Source of the DNA: Lama guanicoe
Lineage: Eukaryota
DNA: 64,000 nucleotides
Direction of reading: 5' to 3'
Assembly: GCA_013239625.1 (NCBI GenBank)
Contig: MU056000.1
Span: forward strand, 8,552,970 to 8,616,969
The translations under genes were made by a program, and so were the position numbers. Below the pieces are notes generated by a model, which did no database searches, was not told the DNA's origin, and was given only the letters and a program-made list of their open reading frames with translations. Shown one piece after another: positions 1-11,170 of the stretch; the first letter of the stretch is position 1; every line of letters starts with the position of its first letter.

Positions 1-59
1 AGCATATGGAAGCTGTCCAACTCTCATTCAAGGATTCCACCAACATTTTTTTTTCCTAT

Positions 60-373
60 GATACTTTCCTAAGACTGTTCACCAGTATCCCAGTTCTCCT
101 CATCCTCCAAGCGTATAGTAGGACTGGGCTTCCTTCTGATACATGACTCGGTCCTCCAGCTCCCTTTCCCTACCTCAATGACTGTGGAAGAATCCACAAA
201 GATGTAGGAGCCGCTGGCGGGAGTCCCAGTGTGACAAAGAAGATTATCCAAGTCTTCATTTCTACTTTTTACCGACCCAAGCTGAAAATGAACCAGCTTT
301 TACCCTTTTAAGCTGCTGAATTTTAGGGGCTGTTTGTTAAAGCAGCATAATCTAGCTTATCCTAGTGGGTACA
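60..373 (+). mobile_element. Old MaLR (MLT1-type) LTR remnant
   Basis: Typical MLT1 3' end: tttaagctgctgaattttaggggctgtttgttaaagcagcataatctagcttatcctag..taca. Confidence 0.5.
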
Positions 374-795
374 CAACCTCTTTGTTCAATTGGAAAATAC
401 TGTAATTAAGACATTATGTTCATTTGTATGAGATGCCCAGAGAATTATAATAGATTCTTTCTTAGACATCAAGGTCTGCCAAGTTAGCAGGTGACTGATA
501 TAAAAGGCAATATATGAAGTACTCCATAGTAAATAGAAAATAAAATTTCTGTAGCAGTTCACTTTGGGCTGAAGTTAAGACTAAAAAGGCTTGTAAACTG
601 ACTATACTTCAATAAAAATATCTATAAAAAATTAATAAAAGTAATGAGTAACTTTGGAAAAAAAAGACTAAAACCCTTAGCATAAGAAAGTGGCATTTAA
701 GGTAATGATGTTGAACAACGAATAAACCCAAGAAGGCCTTTTACCACAAGTGAGACATGGCAGTCTGTGACACACAATAATGGCTCAACAACCAC

Positions 796-830
<35 letters not shown>
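796..830. repeat. (TTA)n microsatellite
   Basis: Direct read. Confidence 0.95.
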
Positions 831-831
<1 letters not shown>

Positions 832-883
832 AGCCAGAGAACCGCAGGTCCTTCTTGTGTTCAAAAGACTATGCGTGGTAGGT

Positions 884-1053
884 CCAGCTGAATTTCAATT
901 ACAGAAAAACAACAATTTTTTTTTTTAGTATAAATGTGTCCCATGCAATATCTGGGACATAATATACTGAGGGGAAAAAAAAACCCTACTGTTTATCTGT
1001 AATTCAAATTTAACTAGCTGTCTTATGTTTTCACTTGCTAAATCTAGTAACCT
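884..1053. mobile_element. MER53-like palindromic hAT MITE
   Basis: Central TGTCCCA-tgcaatatc-TGGGACA palindrome. The arm tgtttatctgtaattcaaatttaact..ttgctaaatctagtaacc resembles the MER53 consensus as I recall it. Confidence 0.75.
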
Positions 1054-1390
1054 CACTATTGGTACATCCTAGGAATTTCACAGATTGCCTAAGAGGGCTA
1101 GTAAGACATTAAAAGTTACCAGTAAAGAAATTCATAAAGACTAATTAGATTATTTTGTTTTGTAAACGGAAGGAAGTGAAGATTCCCACTCTTATTTGCT
1201 AAAATGTTTTCAAAACAAATAATGGCAATGCCCTTGGCTTCTATAAAAGGTACACATCAAACAAAATATATTAAGTGAGACAAAATTTTACAAATTTTGA
1301 GTTATCCACATCTTATGATTGTAAGCCATCATCAAAAAAAGGAGGGTTTTATTTTTATTTTTTGGTAATTTTAAGAAATTATATTCCCTT

Positions 1391-2487
1391 AAACTTACAA
1401 GCTTCTGCACACCAAAGGAAACCATAAGTAAAACGAAATGACAACCTACGGAATGGGAGAAAATTTTTGCAAATGAAACCAACAAAGCCTTGATCTCCAG
1501 AATATATAAGCAGCTCGTATGGCTTAATAAGAAAAAAACAAACAATCCAATCCAAAAATGGGCAGAAGACCTAAACAAGCAATTCTCCAAGGAACAAATA
1601 CAAATGATCAATAGGCACATGAAAAAATGCTCAATATCACTAATTATCAGAGAAATGCAAATCAAAACTATGATGAAGTATCACCTCACACCAGTCAGAA
1701 TGGCCATCATTCAAAAGTCCACAAATGACAAATGCTGGAGATGCTGTGGAAAAAAGGGAACCCTCCTACACTGCTGGTGGGAATGCAGTTTGGTGCAGCC
1801 ACTGTGGAAAACAGTAGGAGATTCCTCAAAAGACTAGGAATAGACTTACTATATGACCCAGGAATCCTGCTCCTGGGCATATATCCAGAAGGAACCCTAC
1901 TTCAAAAAGACACCTGCACACCAATGTTCATAGCAGCACTATTTACAATAGCCAAGACATGGAAACAGCCTAAATATCCATCAACAGATGACTGGATAAA
2001 GAAGAGGTGGTATATTTATACAACAGAATACTACTCAGCCATAAAAACCAACAACATAACACCATTTGCAGCAACATGGATGTCCCTGGAGAATTAAGTG
2101 AAGTAAGCCAGAAAGAGAAAGAAAAATACCATATGAGATCGCTCATATGTGGAATCTAAAAAAAAAAAAAGAACATAAATACAAAACAGAAACAGACTCA
2201 TAGACATAGAATACAAACTTCTGGTTGCCAAGGGGGCGGAGGGTAGGAAGGAATAGACTGGGAGTTCAAAATCTGTAGATACTGACAGGCATGTGTAGAA
2301 TAGATAAACAAGATTATACTATATAGCACAGGGAAATAGTTACAAGATCTTGTGGTAACTCACAGCGAAAAAAAAAAAGCGACAATGACAATGTATGTTC
2401 ATGTATAACTGAAAAATTGTGCTCTACACTGGAATTTGACACAACATTGTAAAATGACTATAACTCAATAAAAAATGTTTATAAAAA
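1391..2487 (+). mobile_element. 5'-truncated young LINE-1 (ORF2 C-terminus + 3'UTR + A tail) with 18-bp TSD
   Basis: ORFs 1490-1837 and 1732-2097 give L1 ORF2p C-terminal motifs ([46 protein letters not shown]). A perfect TSD AAGAAATTATATTCCCTT lies at 1373-1390 and 2488-2505, with a TT|AAGA endonuclease-like site. Confidence 0.95.
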
Positions 2488-2689
2488 AAGAAATTATATT
2501 CCCTTCCATTATACTAACCATAAATCCAGGAGGTGGATGATAAAAACATAGTTTATGCTGATATACTATTTAATAATTAATAAATCCATTTGAATAACAG
2601 TTCTAAAATATCAGGACACAGTCCAAGCCTACTGAAATCAAACAAAATGTCCTTTCCTTTACTGAGATCTTTAAAAACTTTGAGAAGGC

Positions 2690-3020
2690 TTTTTTTTTTT
2701 TTTGGCTGTTATTTTATTTTATTGTTGTATTGAAGTATAGTCAGTTTACAATGTTGCATCAATTTCAATTACAGCATAATGTTTTAGCCACACATATACA
2801 TACATACATTCCTTTTCATATTCTTTTTCAGTATAGGTTACTACAAAATACATATACATATTTTTTGATTTACACTGTATTCATTTCTGGTATACAGAGT
2901 AGTGATTCATGTTTTTTCCTTACAGGTTACAAGCCATTGGATATAGCTCCCTATACTATATACAGCAGGACCTTGTTGTTTATCTATTCTGTACATAGTA
3001 GTCTGTATCAGCCAATCTAT
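2690..3020 (-). mobile_element. L1 3'UTR fragment(s), possibly two nested pieces
   Basis: Poly-T followed by ttgaagtatagtcagtttacaatgttg, the reverse complement of the 3' end of the neighbouring L1. Confidence 0.75.
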
Positions 3021-5268
3021 ATCCCCAGCTTAGCATTATCAACATATCCAGCCTGAACGTTTGGACAAGACTCAGACGCTTCAATTATATACATGAATGG
3101 TATTCTAATACGGATTTTAACATCATATGAAATGATCACATGACATTTTAAAGAGCAAAAGCAAGAAATCTCTGAAACTTAGAAGGTCGCATGAAACTAT
3201 TAGAACATTACATTTATTTATCCATCAAATAAATCCTATATAGCTTAAAGACCAAAGGCACAACTTTATGTAGCTAGGCTAAAAAAAAACCAGAATGGGG
3301 ATGGGGATAAGAGTAGCTGTAGCAGAGTGACAGCTACAGTCCATCCCCCTCCCCCAGGGCCAAACATACCAGCTGACAGCTCTGGAAGTTTCTCAGGGAC
3401 TTAATTCTTTCCAGCCCTGCCAACCTTAATCCAATCAATGGTTCCCCCATGACCCAAGGCTTGGCATATCTCCCTCAGTACTTTAAAACACAAGAGAATT
3501 TGAATCTCTTCTTTGTTATTAATTCACCAAATGGTGAATTTCAAGGAGAAAAATGCATAAATGTTATTTTGCAGTTACTAATTAGCTCCTCAATTAATGA
3601 AATTAACGATTACGTTTCAACTGCCATTTTCACAGGTCAAATTGAGCTGCCTGTCAGTGATTTCACGTAGTCCTACTTTATACCTGCAACAATATAGTGA
3701 TGTAGGCCAGGATCTGTATTTTTCAAAATCTCAGAATGACTCTTAAATAAACACCTTTTCAAACCACATACTACCCTTGGTAAACAACCAGCTGAAGGTC
3801 CCACTTCCCTCTTTGTGTAATACTGGACGCCAAGTACTGAAATTATGAGACAGCATTCAAACGTCAACGGTGCAGTTAATACTGTGAGAAGGGCCAGGAC
3901 AGCCCTCCGCCAGGCTCACGAGGTGCCTGGCATCTGGGCATGCACACTGATGACGCACTTCCAGTTACAAACCCTCAAAATGCTCTCCAAGACCCGACTG
4001 TGTCAGTGATTTTAACACAGGATTTACAGACATATTCAAAAGCTAAAGACTCAAGAAATGTAAAGCCGATACAATGCTCTAAGAAAGAAACAACTTAATT
4101 CACATTATTATTTGAGTGAATTAGCAACAATTTAAACATCAAAGGAAACCACGTTAAAACACTCTTGTCACATATGAGGACCCTCCTCAACCCAGGGATA
4201 CTGGTTTTATAACTTAAAGCATTTTCTATTTGCAGGTGTTACATTTTAAAGTCATAATCTGACAAAAGGCATAGCTAATTTAAATAAAAAGGGGATTTTT
4301 GGATGGCAGAGTCCGAACATAAGATATGAAAGTTTATAAAAGCAAATATTTCTTTTTCTGTTAATATTAACATTGAGATATAGGCACTTCTTGTATGAGA
4401 TGAAATAAAAGCCAACAGGAAACCACTAAAATACCACTCTTGAAGTCACATAAACTGCTTCTGGTATTTTATTATGTAGCATTAAAAAAAAAAAAACCTC
4501 CACATCCCTGACACATTAACATTTATTCTCTATAATAAAACAAATCACAAAATTTCCAACATACATCATTCAAGGTCTTATGCCAAGATTAGCATTTGGA
4601 TAATTTTATTGTCATTTAAAATACTTGATTTTCCTTTCAGTTGACAGTATTTCAAATCATAGATGGTATATCTTCAATTTAAATATAATAGGAAATGTAA
4701 TAAGTTCACTTTAAAAAGATAAATCTTCTCCTGATCACTGCACATGATGATTATTCCCAACTCTGCCATTATGCAGCTGTACTTAACAACGTCTTGATAA
4801 AAGAATATCCTGAAAGTTCTCATCTAAATCAACATTTCCCTGTTTGATAGTTCACTACTTGTCTTTGAGTTTTTTGTTCTGAAAGTAAGTTTAACATCCT
4901 CCTGCTGTAAAATTCCTCACATACTGGTGTTCCATTTACTATGAGATAACCTGCTTTAAAAAACACCCTGGTATGCATGAAGATGCCAGGAAATCACACA
5001 ACAGCTGACTTGACAGGCGAAAGCATTACATTAGACCTGCACGTGGAAACACAGAAGCTCTTACTAATTGTCATATTGATCTCTGACATCCTTTCAGGGA
5101 TAGACTATCTGTCTTCTATCTCATCTTCCTCATTCAACATATATCTGTGATAGGATTCAATGATTGTTATGCATTAAAAATTTATCCTCCATAAGACATC
5201 TGCATAGAAGCCAGGTGTGCATTAATGCTTGTGAGTTCCTATTTGCCCTACATCAGTACAGGATGAAC

Positions 5269-5356
5269 TTTTTTTTATAATGGAGGTGCTGGGAATTGAA
5301 GCCAGGACCTCAAGCATGCTAAGCACACACTCTACCACTGAACTACACCCTCCCTC
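5269..5356 (-). mobile_element. tRNA-derived SINE (Vic-1-like, camelid)
   Basis: Reverse complement reads GGAGGGAGGGTGTAGTTCAGTGGTAGAG..CTTAGCATGCTTGAGGTCCTGGCTTCAATTCCCAGCACCTCC plus A tail, with A/B-box-like motifs. TSD caggatgaa at 5259-5267 and 5357-5365. Confidence 0.85.
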
Positions 5357-6157
5357 CAGGATGAATGTCAAAGTCATTTTAACGACCAACCTTCAAGAAG
5401 GTTGCATTCAAATGGGACCAGACATGAAAATAAACTTGCAAACCAATAAATAAGTGAGATGATTTCTGGTTCTCATACATGTTGTAAAGAAGATCAGATA
5501 GGTTAATTGTGAGGAGGGAAACTGAGAGGGGATCAGCTTTAGCAGGAAGATCAGGAGAGGCAGAAAGATGGCCAGAGAGACTACAGCCTAAACAACCAGG
5601 AGTGGGGAGAGAGAGGGAGCTGGGACAGGACAGGAAGAGGCTGGATTTCTTCCTGTTTGTCACTGCCCGGGTTCTATGCAAAGACAAGATGCGAGTGGAT
5701 GTATAGGGACCCTCTCAGGCTGTGAGGGGGTCACCAGCCGAAGGGAAGCAGAGCGAAGGGAGGGTGGCTGGCCAGCGGCCAACTGCCGAATTCCTGGTGA
5801 GAGAGGATGGTGGCCTGGGATCAGCGTGATAAGAAGCGAGAGTTCAGCCAAGGTGAGAAGCAGCCATGCAATTTTGAAAAAACGTCTATAAAAAGAATCT
5901 GGAATACCCGAAGTTGGTTATACAGAAATGTGTCTCCAGCCTTCCACCTAGAGCATCATTCTGCATGTCAGATTCTATACATTTTCTAAATCAAGGCAAA
6001 ACATTGTATGTTTACCAAAGAATAATTTAAAATACCTTAAAGAATGACCCATATTATCCATCAGTAATTCTTACTCATTTAGGGACTAATTCAATACCAA
6101 ACACCCCAAATCTGCCTTCCTCAGCACTGGGACGTTGCTGACTTTGCCTTGCGGCTT

Positions 6158-6521
6158 CTATTAGGGATGAATGTTTGTGCCTCCCCAAAATGCACATGTT
6201 GCTGCCCTAACTGCTAACATGATGCTACACAGAGGTGGGGCCTTTGGAAGGTAACTGGGGTCAGGTGAGGTCATGAGGATGAGGTTCTCACAAAGGGATT
6301 AGTGGCTTTATAAGAAGAAAGAGAGAGAGAGAGAGAGATGCTTGCACCAAGGAAAGGCCACATGAAGACACGGAAAGAGGGCAGCTGTCTGCAAGGCAGG
6401 AAGACAGCCCTCACCAGGAACTGAGTTGGCTGCACCTTGACCTTGGACTTCACAGTCATCAGAACTGTGAAATAAATGTCTGTTGTTTAAGCCACCCAGT
6501 GGCAGCCAAAGCAGACTAAGA
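6158..6521 (+). mobile_element. MaLR MLT1A/B-like solo LTR
   Basis: gaatgtttgtgcctccccaaaat..gccctcaccagga..accttgaccttggacttc..cagaactgtgaaataaatgtctgttgtttaagccacccagt. Confidence 0.85.
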
Positions 6522-9500
6522 TGGTCTCTTACAATGTTTTCATTTAGTGAAGTCCTCCCAGAGCCAGGCTGCACCATCACAAGCATGCCCCCGGACATGT
6601 GGTCCCCAACTTCCATGGCTGAGCGGACAGGCGTGTTCTCACTTTTGGATTGAGGCAGAATTTTTGCCACTTAGCAAAAGGTACTCAATTATCCACTTAA
6701 CATTACAGGAGAGTCTATTCATCAGCTGTCACAATGTTCTACCGTCTTCTCCTGGTGATCTGCAAACAACTTCACAGACTCCTCTGACGTCATGATATCC
6801 TCTATAACGCTGCACATCTGCACATCCCAGTACTTGACATCTTACTTTGCATCTATATTTTTAGCTTAATATGTACGTGCAGCTTAGCTTCTCGCTATCA
6901 TGACGGCAAACTTTCTGACGTGCCAATGACATCACTGTAAAGGGTTGAGTACCACGTGGATATACTGGGCTGAACTGCCTGCCTTGACTGTCCTCCTCAA
7001 TGCCTCAAAATGAATGTAGAAGCAGCCTTACCTTTTGCCAGATGCCCAGTGAGACCTATCTTCAAAGATACATTAGCAGCAAATGTGTAGGTTAACAATG
7101 ATCTACTTACATGAAAAACATGCAGTAGAAAGACTGAAATTACTCCTGTAGCACACGAGTAGCTTTTTTAAGTAAATCACAGACATACATACTGAAAACT
7201 AATAAGGTACGACAAATAAGAAATATAATTTTCCCTGACAGCCCACAAAGCAATTTGTTCTAAAAAGTTAAGAAGAAAAGACAATAGGCACCAAACAGAG
7301 CTGGGTAAGCGTAACGTTAAGACACTGAGAGAAACTGTGACACCAACTCTGAGTTTAACAGCATCTTCTCTGAGTCAGAGCTAAAAATCTCTTCAAGCCA
7401 CCGAACATTGAACCCGCCACATCCCAAAGAGCTAAAATGATGCACAGCTGCAAGAACAGCATGTGTATTTAAACTCAGATATAAGTCACCTAAGGAGCTT
7501 CTGAGACTAAGCGAAAATGACAAAAATCTACTCTTGGTTCCAAAATCTGTTATGTTGCTTTTGAAATTCTTATCCTCACTTTCAAAAGATAAAATATGGG
7601 AAAGCACTTGTAATGATTAACATGCTGTAAAACTCAAAGGAATAATTGCTTACATTTCCTCCCACACCCTGTTCAACCCAAGATAGCACTTGATCAGGCT
7701 GTCCCCCAGCTGTCCCACTGGCAGGTCTGTATCACCTGCCAGTCTGCAGGTATCACCGCTATTATAAACTGCATAATTGTCTGGGCCGCCGGGAAGCCAC
7801 ATTAACTCATATTATTACACTGTGTAAATGGAAAGTATTTCTGTTGAGCACTGAAAGATCCTGAGGCTGAGTAGCAATGGATGCATTTTAAACAGAACGG
7901 GCACACACGAGCAAGGGAGGGATTTCAGAGAAGTGATGGGAAACCGGGCAGCATGGCCACCTGAATCTGAAATCCAAGTTTGAAAAGGACAGTAGTAGCT
8001 ACTCTTCAACTAGAGAAAATAGCTGAACTACTCAAAGAGGGGCCGATTCTCTGGCTCTGGAATAACATGCTGTTTGCCAGTATTTTATAACTTACTGCTT
8101 CTTCAAAACTCATATTCAGCCCAGTCTGCTGACTGAATGGATTAATCAATGACCATTGACCAGCCCGTTAAAACTAATTTAGCTGCCTGCTCCTTCTTGC
8201 TTAAAATGTCCACACTTCTTCCCAGGTGTTGACCAAATTCCCATCCCATCTATCGAAGCTCTCCAGAACATACTCAGTCCTAAGAGTCCACAAGCTGTAT
8301 TTGTGGAGGAAGATGGGATGTCACCAAGGGTCAATTTCCCCCTACCATCCTCTTGTCCCTCCCCCGGACACTTTACCTCTTTCTAGGCTTCCTATGTACA
8401 AGCTAAAAGAATTCCAAGAATCCTCTCAATTGCAGACACAGGAAATATGAAATCCCTATACAATTTGTCATGCCACTTGCCCTCAGTTGCAGAAAGAAGG
8501 TTTTAGATTTATAAGAAAAAAGAGCCGTACGTGAAACTGCTATAAGCAGCGAGTAAAACCGTAATTAGCATCTCCTCCTGAGTGCCTAAAACTTTGATAC
8601 TCACTACTAAACATTCTCAGCGAGGCATATTAACTCCTCTTCCTTCAAAAGTTATTAGAACAGGGAACATACGAAAGGTTTATTCCCCCCTGTAACTTAC
8701 ACATGATGTCTTCCTATTGGCAGCCTACAGTTACAGTGATAAGAATTCTCTGAAATTGTGTTCCAAGTATTTAAGGAAACATGCTCAAAAAATGGAAGCC
8801 AGCTACGGTTCACACTTCTAAAACTGTTCTGATGAAGCCTTCCAGGCGCCAGACTCGGCAGCCCACCAGGAGAGAAAATAATATTCTGGGGACATGTCTA
8901 CAGACTTCAATCTCTGAGGAACATAGGGCTCCTTCCAGCTTTCCTTTTGAGCAGCAAATATCTGTGCAAAACAGAAAAAAAAACAGAGGGAACTTTTTTT
9001 TTTTGGAGCCAATTTGGTCTAACATACAATTTTTGAAGTCGTATAAAGAAATAACAGAAATTACTTCCACTGATGGATGAAGGAGAATGCTTCCTTTAGG
9101 CAACATCCAATGAACGGCATGGAAACTACGACCATTAGAGAAATGGCATTTTTAACCCTATGAGTGATGGAGGTTGGAGACTTAGTTTCGCAGACAGGAA
9201 AATCTTTTGATTCCAACTCACGCAAAAAAAAAAAAATTGCCCTATTTTTGAAGCATGTCAAAAGTTCTAGGAAGTATATTTTATACTTTAATGCTTGCTA
9301 TGGTTAGGCCTTCTAAAGCATTTCATACAAATTATCATATCACATTCACAAAATCTCCGTGAATTTTGATCACAATGAGGAAGAAAATCAAAACAGGCCC
9401 AGTCACAAGGGCACAAGAGAAAGCTGGCACCAAGCATCACCTGGATGCCGGGGCGCAGAACTTGAATCCAGTCCTCCTTCCAGAGCCGCAGTGCCCAGTA

Positions 9501-10329
9501 GCCAACACGAACCAAAGCAAACAATTCTGAGTTCATGCATCACTTCTGACAATGAAAATAAAAATGTACGTGTAGCTCACAATGATTAACTGAGTGTTCA
9601 CCATGTGCCAACTACTGTCCGAGGATTTTAGGATCAATGATAAAAAGGGACAGACTACCAGTATGGGGCGGGGGCGGGGAGAAGCACGGTCCTCTATGAC
9701 TGTGTAGATGATGCACATAGATATCTACGCACCCGTATGTGTGACATAGAAAGCCATGATTTCCTGAGAGAGGCATCCTGACTCACTCTTCCCAACGCAC
9801 CTGAACCACGCAGAGAAGTGAAGGCTGCACACCCAGCAGAGCTCCCACCCGTGAGCCCCAGAGTGTCGCAAACACCCTGCCTCTCGCACAGACGTCCCTG
9901 AGCCTGTGCAGGCACGTCAGTGATTAAGCTGCATGTGGGGGAAGCAGAGGACAGAATTCAAGAAGAAGATGCGTCCTGTTTAGCATTTAACAGTAGAAGT
10001 AGCTAAAGCTATGAAAGAGGGTCACCAGTAGACCAGGTGCTCTGCTATGTATTTTAGGTCTGTACTCTCTGAGTTTGTCCACACAGCCACCTGAAGACAC
10101 AGGGGTTATTACCTCCCCTCCATCAACTATGACACTCAGAAGTAGCTTATCCACATGCTAAAAAAAAAAAAAAAGGAAACGCTGAGCTGAGAACGCCGTC
10201 CTGTTGAGATACAACCACGAAGCCATCCCTCTGTGTGGTCCACCGGCGCCTTTACTACCGGGACACACGGAATCAGGGAGCAACAGAACGTCTCCTTAAA
10301 GAAGAAATCCCACCAAAAAATGGGGACAT

Positions 10330-11170
10330 ACTGAACTACAAGCTTTAGAATTCTGCTTTACAAATAAGAACTGATCAAATGAGGAATAAACTGGTAAAAC
10401 ATGGCAAAGGGTAACGTAAGTACCACAGACAAATAATACCAATCAAGAGCAAGGCAAACGGACCAACTGAGAAACGTGCAGAAGATACAAAAAGACCATT
10501 CACCAAAGAATTAGGAGTTCATCTCCTAAATATATGGTATTCAACCTCAGCCATATTCAGTGAGAAGCGAATTAAATGAAGGAAAACACAGTATTTCTCC
10601 TATTTAATTGGAATTCGTTGTTTTGTTTTAACTATAATACCCAGTGTTACCAAGATCATGGGGAAACTGGCACACTCCTGCCTTACCTGAAGAAATACAA
10701 ATTACAGAAACTTTCTGGAGGACAATTTGACAGCATATATCTACAGCCTTGAAAACATCCAGTTCTAGGAAGTAATCCAGAGAAAATAATCTGAAGAAAA
10801 CGATTTAGCTTTAATCACAGCATCATATTATACCACCCCCAAATGAAAATGCCATCCAGCTCCCAGAACAGCAAGTTGTTTAAGTGACTGATGTTATAGA
10901 AAGGTATGGAAAACAGACACAAAAGTGAAAACTAACTCTATGAGAAAAGCTGTCTTACATGCTAAAAGGTAACACAACAGAGGACTCTTCTAAACTTGAA
11001 GATGGGTATGGATTCGCATTTCTGCTGCATATATACTCACTCATTTCAGGAGCTTCCGATCATGCATGAACCTTAGCTTCTTTGAGTCAATTCTCCACTG
11101 TCCAAATTTTTAATCATAGTGCGTTATTTTTGAAACCGGAAAAAATTACAAAGGTTTATTTGAAAAAGAG
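10330..11170 (+). mobile_element. Ancient L1 (L1M-type) 3' fragment
   Basis: Degenerate L1 ORF2-end/3'UTR motifs (gggaaactggcacactc, ctttctggaggacaatttgacagcat). Confidence 0.5.

Noticed and set aside
1288..2097. ORFs of 115-125 aa as host genes
   Set aside because: They are frameshifted L1 ORF2 remnants and their antisense frame.
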